34,813 nt of DNA from an uncultured Ignavibacteriales bacterium (GTDB lineage: Bacteria > Zixibacteria > MSB-5A5 > GN15 > FEB-12): NCBI GenBank assembly GCA_964642435.1, contig CAZXRO010000001.1, positions 12,268 to 47,080 on the forward strand, read 5' to 3'. The notes beneath the pieces were generated by a model that was given only the letters and a program-made list of their open reading frames with translations, made no database searches and was not told the DNA's origin. The position numbers and the translations under genes were made by a program. Shown here piece by piece: positions 16,668 through 25,780 of the stretch; within the stretch, counting starts at the first letter, position 1, and every line of letters starts with the position of its first letter.

Positions 16668-18131
16668 CTAATCCGAGAGAATGTAATCGCTGGCGCGCAG
16701 TCCGTATTTGCGCGGGTCGATGAGGCGCACGATCTTTCGCCTGGCGTGCTCCTCTTCAGACAGGTCGGCCCACTGGGGGATTTCGAGCAGTCCGCGATCG
16801 TTGCCGATAATGCGGACAAACGGGCGTGACGGCTGGTGCCGGTTGTAGCCGACGACGAGTGCGACCTCGCGGGTGGACAGCAACACCATGGAGCCGGGCG
16901 GATAGACTCCGACCATATCGATGAACAGCTTGAGAAGGAGCGAGTCGTATTTCTGGCCCTCTTGACCGTGCATGCGTCGCATGGCTTCGGCCGGAGTCAC
17001 TTTCTCTTTCATGTAGACGCGGCCGGAGGTAAGAGCATCGAAGGTATCGGCAATACTGATGATTCGCGTGAACAGGTTGGGGGCACGTTGGTCGCACGCG
17101 AGTTTGGGATAGCCGCTGAGATCGACGGCGATGTGGTGTTCGAAGGCACACCGGGCGGCCCGGGCGGCATAGACATCGTGATGGATGTGACGCAGGATGG
17201 TCTTGGCGCCGAGCAAGGGGTGCTGTTTCATCTGGAGCCAGTCGTTCTCGTTGAAGCGTTCGGGCTTGCGTATGAGATCCTCGGGCAGTTTCACTTTGCC
17301 AACATCGTGGAAGAGGGCTGAAAAGCCGAGTTGTGATAAGCGAGAGCGATCGAGTCCGAGCTGGACACCGAGTGTCAGGGAATAGACACAGACGTTGGTG
17401 GAGTGGGCATAGGTGTAATCGTCGTAGTCACGGATGGCAGTGAGTTCAATGAGCGAGGAGTCGTCTTTGAGGATGTGTTCGATCAGGCCCTGCACGACTC
17501 GTCGGGTCTTGGACATGCTGATTTCGCGGTCTTTGGCGGTGCCGGAGATGATGTCTTCGGCCACAGCCATAGCGCGGAAGAATGTTTCGCGGGCGGAGCG
17601 ACGGAATCGTGCCCGGACAGCATCGGAAAACGCCGGAAGCTCCTCCTCGATCTGCTGAATACTGAGCAGTTGGATGCCCTCGAGTTTGCAGTTCTTGACG
17701 CGTTCGGAGAGTTGCTCGACATTGTCCTCGTCGACTTTCAGCCCGGCCAGGAAGACCACGAAATTGATCAGGTGTTCCCGTCGCAGTTGGGATGAGAATT
17801 TGACTCCGGCCAGTCCGAGCATTTTCCACTCGGCCAGGATGGTATCGGCACCCACGTTACCGGCCTCATTGAAGCGGACCATGCGGTCGTTGACGAAGAA
17901 CCTGCGGGAAATCCTCTTGATGGAAATATCGCGGCGATCGATCCGAAGGGCCTGGAGACGTTCGATGAAGGCATCGGCCTGACGGGCAAACATGGCATTG
18001 GTGGCATCGATAATACGCGCTGTTTTGTACATGACGAAAAACGCGCTGACGAGTCGCTCTTCCTCGGGTCCGCCGAGGACGCGCATGAGATCAATGGAAG
18101 CATCAGCCGACATTACCTTATTCATCGCCAT
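16668..18131 (-). CDS. HD-GYP domain cyclic-di-nucleotide phosphodiesterase with uncharacterised ~230-aa N-terminal domain
   Basis: HSTNVCVYSL...ALFHDVGKVKLP...HPLLGA...HHIAVDLSGYPK...ADTFDALTSGRVY is a complete HD...GYP signature. Confidence 0.92.
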   Translation of the reverse strand: MAMNKVMSADASIDLMRVLGGPEEERLVSAFFVMYKTARIIDATNAMFARQADAFIERLQALRIDRRDISIKRISRRFFVNDRMVRFNEAGNVGADTILAEWKMLGLAGVKFSSQLRREHLINFVVFLAGLKVDEDNVEQLSERVKNCKLEGIQLLSIQQIEEELPAFSDAVRARFRRSARETFFRAMAVAEDIISGTAKDREISMSKTRRVVQGLIEHILKDDSSLIELTAIRDYDDYTYAHSTNVCVYSLTLGVQLGLDRSRLSQLGFSALFHDVGKVKLPEDLIRKPERFNENDWLQMKQHPLLGAKTILRHIHHDVYAARAARCAFEHHIAVDLSGYPKLACDQRAPNLFTRIISIADTFDALTSGRVYMKEKVTPAEAMRRMHGQEGQKYDSLLLKLFIDMVGVYPPGSMVLLSTREVALVVGYNRHQPSRPFVRIIGNDRGLLEIPQWADLSEEEHARRKIVRLIDPRKYGLRASDYILSD

Positions 18132-20010
18132 ACCTCCGTTGCCGATAGGCGGTCAGGGCGAGCCGAGCCTGCCGCCGGATATCCTGACGCCAGAATTTTG
18201 CGAGTCGTTCCAGTAGTTCTTCTGCCTCCTCGCTTGGGTTCTCGGCCAGGGCCAGGAAGGCGGAAGTGCGTCTTTCTTTCATGACGTTATTGCCCATCAG
18301 GTTCAGCGGGGTGATCATGGCCTGGAGGTAGTCCAGAACGTCTTTGCCACCGAGGGCGGAGTATGCTACCAGTATCTGGCGCAGTTGACCGGGGCTGAGC
18401 AAGGCTCCGCTTCGGGGATCATCGAGGATTTCCGCCAGGGCCTCGAATGCCGAGTCGCTGCGGCGGGACAGCAAGGCCTTGATGGCATCAGTACGAAGCC
18501 GTTCATCCGGGTCGAAGACGAGCTCGTAGAGCATAGCGGTAGCGTTCTTGCTGATGTTGTTTCGGACCGCGTCGAGCAATTCGCGTCTGACGCGGAACTC
18601 CTCGTGGTTCAGGGCGCGCTTGATATTGGCGAGCGCCTTTTCGTTTCCGATACGGCCGAGAATCATCACGGAATTGCGAACCACGAACCATCGTTTGTCA
18701 TACATGGTCCTGGCGATGATATCGATGTTGTCTTTGCCGACAACGGCCAGATAGTCGCAGAGTGTCTCGCGATGATGGCGGTGGTTGAAATCGCCCAGGA
18801 GGTCGGTGATGGCGCTGAGTGCTTGCCAGCCGAAATTGCTGAGGTAGCGCTTGAGTTCCTCGGCACCGATTCGAGGGTGGTCGTTCAGGGCGCCGGCCAG
18901 GTGCTGCATGCGCTCCCGTGTTCCGAAAGCCTCGCGAGTCTCGGCTGCCTTGTCGGCCCAGAGTTGTCGTGATTCGGCGAGAGCTGAGCGGATCTCATCG
19001 AGATAGGCAATCAGGCGTGTGGCCTGGATCAGATCGCCATTGTCAATCAGGCTGGAGGTTATCTTCTCCACGATCTGCAGGGTTTCGCAGAAGCCACCGA
19101 ACTCGATCTCCTGGTTGAGCATTTCCTGTAACAGGGCAACGGTGGATTCATCGGGATCGAAACCGGCATCGTCTGCGATCAGCTCGGCGATACGTTTGCG
19201 CTCGGATTGGGTCAGATTGACCTGGTCGTTGAAAATGAGTGTGGTATCATGTGCCGCTGACGGCTTTTGAGAACTGACTGACCGATCGTGCGGACCTGTG
19301 ACGGAGGGGATATTGGACAGTGAGAGGCTTTCGCCACCACCGCTGACGTCCCCGAACTTATCCTGCTCGTCGCTGTCATCGACAATATCGAGCGTCTTTA
19401 TCTCGCCGCACTCGTTGAGGTCTACCTCATTGCGGGCCAGCTCTTCCCTGAAGATATCAAGGTACTTCTGCACATCCTCATCGACGATGTGCGGATCTGA
19501 GGCGTCGACATTCCGGCTCAGATAGGCCTGGATATCGAACTCGTCATCGTAGACAGACAGCGAGATGTCCTCCACCGTCTCGATCTCGAAGCCGCCGATA
19601 TTGGCTTCCCAGATTTCGGCAGCGAGATCACCGACTTGACTGCCGCTGTTGAGATAGTCGCGGAAGACATCGATCAGCCGTGAGAGGTCCGATGCCGTCA
19701 TCATGGGGGTAAATGTAAAGCCGGTGATACCGGTGTGGAAGAACAGGGCAGCGAGCGCCTCGTCACGCGAGCGGTCGAAGTAGACGACCTCGTGTTCCCA
19801 GTTCAGCTTGTCTGCCTCGACGGTGATGTGGATGTCATCGTACTCATCGAGCATGGTGAGCAAGTCCGCGGCCAGGCGCTTCTTCTGCGCATGAGGCAGG
19901 GGATTGTCAGCCGGGTAGGTTGCGACCACCTTGATGACTTTCAGGAAGTCCTTGAGAAGGTGGCCAACCGCCAGGCGTCGTGCGGTATGGGTCTTTGGGC
20001 CGTCTGTCAT
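18118..20010 (-). CDS. HEAT-repeat protein with uncharacterised N-terminal domain and acidic linker
   Basis: C-terminal HEAT/PBS-lyase-like repeats (WFVVRNSVMILGRIGNEKALANIKRALNHEEFRVRRELLDAV...DPDERLRTDAIKALL). The stop overlaps the HD-GYP start by 14 nt. Confidence 0.8.
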   Translation of the reverse strand: MTDGPKTHTARRLAVGHLLKDFLKVIKVVATYPADNPLPHAQKKRLAADLLTMLDEYDDIHITVEADKLNWEHEVVYFDRSRDEALAALFFHTGITGFTFTPMMTASDLSRLIDVFRDYLNSGSQVGDLAAEIWEANIGGFEIETVEDISLSVYDDEFDIQAYLSRNVDASDPHIVDEDVQKYLDIFREELARNEVDLNECGEIKTLDIVDDSDEQDKFGDVSGGGESLSLSNIPSVTGPHDRSVSSQKPSAAHDTTLIFNDQVNLTQSERKRIAELIADDAGFDPDESTVALLQEMLNQEIEFGGFCETLQIVEKITSSLIDNGDLIQATRLIAYLDEIRSALAESRQLWADKAAETREAFGTRERMQHLAGALNDHPRIGAEELKRYLSNFGWQALSAITDLLGDFNHRHHRETLCDYLAVVGKDNIDIIARTMYDKRWFVVRNSVMILGRIGNEKALANIKRALNHEEFRVRRELLDAVRNNISKNATAMLYELVFDPDERLRTDAIKALLSRRSDSAFEALAEILDDPRSGALLSPGQLRQILVAYSALGGKDVLDYLQAMITPLNLMGNNVMKERRTSAFLALAENPSEEAEELLERLAKFWRQDIRRQARLALTAYRQRRYGDE

Positions 20011-20072
20011 AGCATAATTTCCGTATTCACTACTAAAATCGGCATATTTTCCAAGCTACTGAGCCCATGACC

Positions 20073-20104
20073 AAAAAAAGAGGGCCTGCCGTCGGGCAGG
20101 CCCT
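20073..20104 (-). terminator. Rho-independent terminator after the nucleotide-sugar dehydrogenase gene
   Basis: Minus strand: AGGGCCTGCC-cgac-GGCAGGCCCT followed by CTTTTTTT. Confidence 0.8.
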
Positions 20105-20128
20105 GTGTATAGCTATTGGAGGATTTCC

Positions 20129-21469
20129 CTACAGGAGTTCCACTTTGGAACGATTACGCCCGATTCCCTTGGTAGCGTTGCGGGTATCGAATACAACCTT
20201 GGCGTTGTCGACGATCCATTGATAGTCATACGACGAGTGATTGGTCAGGATGATGGTAGCATCGGCCTTAGCCAGCACAGCCGTAGACAGCTTCTGTGAA
20301 CGGTGTCGGGAGGCGTTCCAGGCGATCTGCGGCACATGGGGGTCATTGTATTTGACCCTGGCTCCTCGCTTTTCCAGAAGCTGGATAACATCGAGGGCGG
20401 GTGATTCGCGCACGTCCTTGATGTCTTTTTTGTAGGCGACGCCAAGGACAAACAGATTGGCCTTGTTGAGGGCCTTGCTGCTGCGCTCGTTGAGCATACG
20501 GGCGATGCGCTCGACCACATACTCGGGCATATGGCTGTTGATGTCGCCGGCAAGCTCGATAAAGCGAGCGTAGTAATTCAATGACTTGAGTTTCCATGAC
20601 AGATAGTGGGGGTCGATCGGGATACAGTGTCCGCCGAGGCCGGGGCCGGGATAGAAGGGCATGAAACCGAAGGGCTTGGTGGCGGCAGCATCGATGATCT
20701 CCCAGACATCGAGTCCCAGGCGATCACACATCACGGCGACTTCGTTAACGAGGCCGATATTGACCGCACGGAAGGTGTTCTCCAGGAGCTTGACCATTTC
20801 GGCGGCCCTGGTGGAAGAGACGCCATGGATGTTGGGGATGGTCTGCTCATAGAAGAGCTTCCCAACCTCGGTGCAGGCGGCGGTGATTCCGCCGACCACG
20901 CGCGGCGTGTTCTTGGTCGTGAAGGTGGGATTTCCGGGATCAACACGTTCGGGAGAGAAGCACAGGAAGAAATCCTCGCCCGCTTTCATCCCTTTCCCTT
21001 CCAGCATGGGCAGGATCAAGTCCTCGGTGGTGCCAGGATAGGTGGTGGACTCCAGGACCACCAGTGTTCCCTTCGAGATATGTTTCTTGACCCAGTCCAT
21101 CGCAGCCAGGATGTAGCTGACATCGGGATCCTTGGTCTTCGAGAGCGGTGTCGGGACGCAGATTGAGATGGTGTCCATCTTGGCGAGGTGCTTGGGGTCG
21201 GTGGTGGCCCTGAACTTGCCGGATTTGACGGCTGTGGCCACGGCGGAATCGGGGACATCATCGATGTCCGACTTGCCTCGATTGAGCAGCTTGACTTTCT
21301 GGTCGGAGATGTCGAAGCCGGTCACGCGGTATCCGGCATGTACGAGTTCGATTGACAGCGGCAGTCCCACATAGCCGAGTCCAATGACACCGGCATTGGC
21401 CTTTCCGCCGATGATCTTGCTTTCCAGGTCGCGATATGATTTGCTCTTTTTGAATCGCTGCTTGGCCAT
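20129..21469 (-). CDS. Nucleotide-sugar 6-dehydrogenase (UDP-N-acetyl-D-glucosamine/mannosamine dehydrogenase type, WbpA/WecC-like)
   Basis: Rossmann motif GVIGLGYVGLPLS, catalytic GGHCIPID, and the C-terminal UDPG_MGDP_dh_C pattern VLGVAYKKDIKDVRESPA. Confidence 0.92.
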   Translation of the reverse strand: MAKQRFKKSKSYRDLESKIIGGKANAGVIGLGYVGLPLSIELVHAGYRVTGFDISDQKVKLLNRGKSDIDDVPDSAVATAVKSGKFRATTDPKHLAKMDTISICVPTPLSKTKDPDVSYILAAMDWVKKHISKGTLVVLESTTYPGTTEDLILPMLEGKGMKAGEDFFLCFSPERVDPGNPTFTTKNTPRVVGGITAACTEVGKLFYEQTIPNIHGVSSTRAAEMVKLLENTFRAVNIGLVNEVAVMCDRLGLDVWEIIDAAATKPFGFMPFYPGPGLGGHCIPIDPHYLSWKLKSLNYYARFIELAGDINSHMPEYVVERIARMLNERSSKALNKANLFVLGVAYKKDIKDVRESPALDVIQLLEKRGARVKYNDPHVPQIAWNASRHRSQKLSTAVLAKADATIILTNHSSYDYQWIVDNAKVVFDTRNATKGIGRNRSKVELL

Positions 21470-21710
21470 ATAATGTCCTCAGATTGATTTCAGCCGGCAT
21501 AACCCCGGGCGCGCCGGATTTGGCGGGTGGCATCGGGTTGAGTCGATGCTGTCGGCGGGGTTGTTGTCCGGATTATGTGCTTTCATAGATGGTCGACAAA
21601 TTCCCTGTTTTTATTGAGGGGACAGCGTACCACCGGCACCTGTCAAGGGCGAATATAGACGACGGTTCAGGGCAGGTCAATTGCTTTGAGGTATCGGGAC
21701 TTAGAATCTT

Positions 21711-21739
21711 TTGGCTATTTGCGAGTGTCGCCCTATATT
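21711..21739 (+). promoter_or_regulatory. Candidate sigma70-type promoter for the TPR gene
   Basis: TTGGCT (21711-21716), 17-nt spacer, TATATT (21734-21739). SD AAAGGAG lies ahead of ATG 21770. Confidence 0.55.
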
Positions 21740-21769
21740 GGCGCGAGTAACCATACAAAGGAGTAACGG

Positions 21770-22738
21770 ATGAGAGCATTCTGGCTTGCCCTGCTGCCGG
21801 TGCTGTTGGTGGTATCGGCCCATGCAATAGACATGGAGCCCAGGGATGACAATCAAGTTGAGGCAGGTACGGTTCTTGAGGTGGCCGACAGCCTGTTTCG
21901 CTCGCGCGACTATGACAGCGCCCTGACCCGGTACTCGCAGGCGGCTGAGATGGCCGAGCGCCAGGCGGACCCCTCGGTCCGGGTCGAGGCGATCTCACAA
22001 ATGGCGCGGGTGAGTTTACTGACGGGGAATGCCGAGAAGGGGCGGGTGTTGCTTGACCAGGCTCGGGAGTACGGCAGTGAATCTGAGCCCATGGGCTGGT
22101 CGCGCTATTTGGGGGTACGCGGGCGATTCGAGTGGCAGGCCGGCGATCTGGCCACTGCGACCGCGACGTTTGAGCAGATGTACCGTTACTGCGATATCAA
22201 CGGGCTGTGGGATCGGGCGGTTGATGCTGCCCACATGCTGGCTATCGTGAGCGAGACGCCACAGGGGCAGATAGAGTGGGGCCGAAAGGGGATTGAGATG
22301 GCGGAGGATTACGAGGTACATTCGTGGCTGGGGTCGTTGTGGAATAACCTGGCCGCGACTTACTATGATATGGAACGCTACGATTCTGCCCTGACAGCGT
22401 ATTTGCAGGCGAGGGAGTATCACTGGCGGTTTTCCGGGGAAATGGGGAAACTCTGGGCCGACTACAGCGTAGGCATGACTTACCGTCGCCTGGGAGAGAA
22501 TGAGAGAGCGGCCAGTTGGCTTCGGCCGGTGCTGGCGTGGGCGGAGCGACTCGAGGACCATGGAGCGATTGGCCAGTCCTGTGAGGATCTGGGTGAAGTC
22601 GCTCTGGCTCAAGGCAACAAGGACGAGGCTGTACGATTGCTCCAGCGCGCCCGACAAGAGTATCAGAAGGCCGGTTACGACAAATCGTGGCCCGAAGTCT
22701 GGGAGCACATCAACACTCGGTTAGCTGAGGTACAGTAA
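21770..22738 (+). CDS. Secreted TPR-repeat protein
   Basis: Signal peptide MRAFWLALLPVLLVVSAHA followed by multiple TPR-like helical pairs (A..Y..A...A........A). Confidence 0.8.
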   Translation: MRAFWLALLPVLLVVSAHAIDMEPRDDNQVEAGTVLEVADSLFRSRDYDSALTRYSQAAEMAERQADPSVRVEAISQMARVSLLTGNAEKGRVLLDQAREYGSESEPMGWSRYLGVRGRFEWQAGDLATATATFEQMYRYCDINGLWDRAVDAAHMLAIVSETPQGQIEWGRKGIEMAEDYEVHSWLGSLWNNLAATYYDMERYDSALTAYLQAREYHWRFSGEMGKLWADYSVGMTYRRLGENERAASWLRPVLAWAERLEDHGAIGQSCEDLGEVALAQGNKDEAVRLLQRARQEYQKAGYDKSWPEVWEHINTRLAEVQ

Positions 22739-22809
22739 CGGGGGTGCGGTCGCAACCGGTAACAGACTGCGGCGACGGCCTCAGGAAACGACAAGCTGTT
22801 TGACAATTT

Positions 22810-24558
22810 ATGAGTGAACATTCCGAACATACTCGCCTTGAGAAGCTGCTTTTGGAGGCGGCGCGGGTTTTCAATTCCACCCTTGATTATGAGGTTCTGA
22901 TCGAGCATGTGTTGCGGCTGGTGCTGACAGCAGCCGACTGCGAGGTAGCGTTGATATTCCGGGTAGATCATGAGCGGACCGACATGAAGATCCGTTACAT
23001 GAAGGCCGATGTGGGCCGGGTGGCGACGTATCGTCGGGAGCTGGGCCAGGGTGTCCTGGACTGGGTAGCGCAGTTCAGGGAGCCGGTAGTGATCAACAAT
23101 GGTTCGAATGATCCGCGTGTGGAATACGAGAATGCCGAGCGGATGCAGATTCAGATTCGGTCGTTGATGAGCGTGCCGCTGATTGCCAAGGGGCACATGA
23201 TCGGGGTAGTGGAGGCATTCAACAAGAACAATGGTGGGTTCTCGGCGGCCGATTTGGACACGATGATAGGGTTGAACAATCAGATAGCGGTGGCTATCGA
23301 CAATGCCCATTTGTACCGCCTGGCCCAGCGGGAGGCCCTGGAAAAGGACCTGCTGTATGAGGTTGGCAAGATGCTGTCCGGCAGTCTTGATTTGGATGAG
23401 TTGCTCGAAGCGATCATGGACTCGTTGAAGCGGGTGGTCAGGTATGATGGTGGCGGTGTCTTCCTGCTGAACCCGGAGAAGAATGAGATCGATTCGATTT
23501 ATGCGCGTGGCTATGATTCCGAGGTCGACCCGCATTTGCAGCTCAAGGTAGGTCAGGGGTTGATCGGGCACGTGGCGCGCGACGGCCAGCCGGTGATTGT
23601 TCCGGACGTATCGAAGGATGACCGTTATTTCAATTCGCGGCCGGAGACAAACAGTGAGATCGTGGTGCCGATGCGGTTGGATGATCGGATAATCGGGGTA
23701 TTGAACCTGGAATCGAATCATTTGGGTGCGTTTGGTCAGCACGACCTGCTGCTGATCGAGGCGTTTGCGAGCCAGGCGGCAGTGTCGGTTGAGCGGGCTC
23801 GCAATCACACGCGGTTGATTCAGAGCAAGAAGATCGAGGAGCAGCTCAATATCGCAAGGGAGATTCAGCGCAGTTTCCTGCCGATCCGGGATCCGAAGAT
23901 CACGGGCTACGATGTCGCGGGGCGCAATGTTTCCTCGGGGGAGGTTGGAGGAGATTACTATGGGTTTATCGACATTGTCGAGGGGCAAACCGGTGTGGCG
24001 ATTGCGGATGTATCCGGCAAGGGTATCCCGGCGGCGCTGATCATGGCCTCATATCGGGCATCGCTGATCGCGGAGATACGCAACAATTACTCGATTCGCA
24101 CGATTTGCGAGAAGGTGAACCGCCTGATGTGTGAGTCGATCAAGCCGGGGAATTTCGTGACCTCTGTGTACGGTGTGCTCGACTCAGTCAATCACGTGCT
24201 GACTTTCGCCAACTGTGGTCACAATTTGCCGTTTGTGCTGCGGGTGTCGGATGAAGTGACCTATCTGCGTGAGGGCGGACCTGTTATGGGAGTTGATCCC
24301 ACCGGGACGTATCGGGAGCAGCCGATTTATCTGAGGGCGGGAGATGTGGCAGTGCTATACACGGATGGGGTGACCGAAGTCTTCGATGATGACGGAGTGG
24401 AGTTTGGGCTGGAACGGCTGATTGAGGTAGTTCGATCAAACCGCGACAGAAGTTCAGCGGAGATTGAGGACGCAATCTATCACACGGTCCGCAGTTACGC
24501 CGGTCCGGATCATATGTTCGATGATCTGACGATGGTGGTTGTCAAGCGCCTGGTTTAA
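22810..24558 (+). CDS. GAF-GAF-PP2C (SpoIIE/RsbU-type) serine phosphatase
   Basis: Two GAF blocks (...GQGVLDWVAQFREPVVIN...MSVPLIAKGHMIGVVEAFN; ...GQGLIGHVARDGQPVIVPDV...VVPMRLDDRIIGVLNLES). SpoIIE core: REIQRSFLP, GGDYYGF, ADVSGKGIPAALIMA, YTDGVTE, DDLTMVVVK. Confidence 0.92.
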   Translation: MSEHSEHTRLEKLLLEAARVFNSTLDYEVLIEHVLRLVLTAADCEVALIFRVDHERTDMKIRYMKADVGRVATYRRELGQGVLDWVAQFREPVVINNGSNDPRVEYENAERMQIQIRSLMSVPLIAKGHMIGVVEAFNKNNGGFSAADLDTMIGLNNQIAVAIDNAHLYRLAQREALEKDLLYEVGKMLSGSLDLDELLEAIMDSLKRVVRYDGGGVFLLNPEKNEIDSIYARGYDSEVDPHLQLKVGQGLIGHVARDGQPVIVPDVSKDDRYFNSRPETNSEIVVPMRLDDRIIGVLNLESNHLGAFGQHDLLLIEAFASQAAVSVERARNHTRLIQSKKIEEQLNIAREIQRSFLPIRDPKITGYDVAGRNVSSGEVGGDYYGFIDIVEGQTGVAIADVSGKGIPAALIMASYRASLIAEIRNNYSIRTICEKVNRLMCESIKPGNFVTSVYGVLDSVNHVLTFANCGHNLPFVLRVSDEVTYLREGGPVMGVDPTGTYREQPIYLRAGDVAVLYTDGVTEVFDDDGVEFGLERLIEVVRSNRDRSSAEIEDAIYHTVRSYAGPDHMFDDLTMVVVKRLV

Positions 24559-24637
24559 AAAGATCTTCAAAACCGGCGGTGAATTGCTTATCATATGGGG
24601 GCTAAGTCTTACAACAAGAAACGTGGAGATTTTGTAT

Positions 24638-25624
24638 ATGTGGCGTTTAATCCAGCTTTGTGCAATTGCGGCTCTTGTCCTTGTGGTGGCCTGTTCCAGC
24701 AGTGATGATGACAGCGGTCCTACCGGCCCCAGTGATACTCGTCAGCGAGTGGCGGCCTATGTAACGACCAGCGCTCCTGCAACCGATGATCCGTTTGATC
24801 CGTTGTGGGATTCGGTCGATGTGGACACGGTTCCGATACGCCGGTCTGGAGCCATCATCAATTCGATGAAAGCGCTGCCGACGCATTTCGAGTTGCAGAT
24901 AATCAGGAGTACCGAGCGCTTGTTTGTCCGCTGCGCGTGGGCTGATCCTGAATCGAATCTCAGGATATCGCCCTGCCGGTGTATCTCCAATGATGGGACC
25001 GCGTTGTTCATCAAGGACTCCTCTGAGTTTGACTTCGGCGAGGATCAATTGCTGGTGATGTTCGATGGTGCCGCCAATGATGGTTGGGATACCTGGCGCT
25101 GGCTGTCATACCGGACGGGCACGGTCGGGCTGGCAGAAGGTATGATCTACCGTAACGGAGCACTTATAGCCGATGCGTCTTCGATCGAGGTGTACACGAA
25201 CAACGTTGTCGATGCCGGCTTGCCGACCTACCTCTCGGTGGAGGGTCCGGATTTCACCGGTGACACGCTGTATATGTCGGAGGCAACCACCGACTGGACG
25301 GGATTCCAGTTGAGCGGGTGGACGAACGGCCAGACGATTCCCGGGTACCTGATTGACAGCGCCGCGGCGCGGCAGGTCAAGGCCAGTCCGCAGAGCCGCT
25401 GGGATATTCTGTCGGCGTGGGACTACGATGAGAGCAGTGGTATCCACACGGTGGTGCTGTCCCGGAAGCTGAATACGGGCTTTTTCTCCGGTGACGATGT
25501 CGATCTGACGCCCCTCGATTCAGTTGCCGTGCGGATCGGGATGCTGGATGACTTGCCGGACCTGCTGGACAATAACTCGAGTCAACAAGCCTTTACAAGC
25601 GAGTTGATCGTGAAGTTTGAGTAG
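24638..25624 (+). CDS. Lipoprotein with EB_dh/DOMON-like (ethylbenzene-dehydrogenase-type heme-binding fold) domain
   Basis: Start at ATG 24638 (MWRLIQLCAIAALVLVVAC) with SD GTGGAG upstream. Landmarks DDPFDPLWDSV, RCAWADP, DQLLVMFDG, WDTWRWLSYRT and HTVVLSRKLNTG..DDVDL fit the EB_dh family pattern as recalled. Confidence 0.55.
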   Translation: MWRLIQLCAIAALVLVVACSSSDDDSGPTGPSDTRQRVAAYVTTSAPATDDPFDPLWDSVDVDTVPIRRSGAIINSMKALPTHFELQIIRSTERLFVRCAWADPESNLRISPCRCISNDGTALFIKDSSEFDFGEDQLLVMFDGAANDGWDTWRWLSYRTGTVGLAEGMIYRNGALIADASSIEVYTNNVVDAGLPTYLSVEGPDFTGDTLYMSEATTDWTGFQLSGWTNGQTIPGYLIDSAAARQVKASPQSRWDILSAWDYDESSGIHTVVLSRKLNTGFFSGDDVDLTPLDSVAVRIGMLDDLPDLLDNNSSQQAFTSELIVKFE

Positions 25625-25653
25625 CGACGAGTAGGAATGTACAATAGGATTAT

Positions 25654-25683
25654 GGCGCGTCCTTGTGGGCGCGCCTTTTTTTT
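25654..25683 (+). terminator. Rho-independent terminator
   Basis: GGCGCG...CGCGCC stem followed by eight T residues. Confidence 0.8.
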
Positions 25684-25707
25684 GTGCAATGTGGACCTGT
25701 CTCGTAC

Positions 25708-25736
25708 TTGTGGAAGAGCAGCAGTCGGTCTATATT
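25708..25736 (+). promoter_or_regulatory. Candidate promoter for the AbfD/HpaB-family gene
   Basis: TTGTGG, 17-nt spacer, TATATT. SD GAGGTGA lies 7 nt before ATG 25781. Confidence 0.5.
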
Positions 25737-25780
25737 CTGAACAATGACATCAATCACAGTTCTAACGAGGTGATGCAATT

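Noticed and set aside
22675-23988. 437-aa ORF antisense to the GAF-GAF-PP2C gene
   Set aside because: The translation is low-complexity and rich in R/P/Q/H/L, with no recognisable motifs. It lies entirely opposite a gene with strong domain signatures. Long antisense ORFs are expected in GC-rich DNA.
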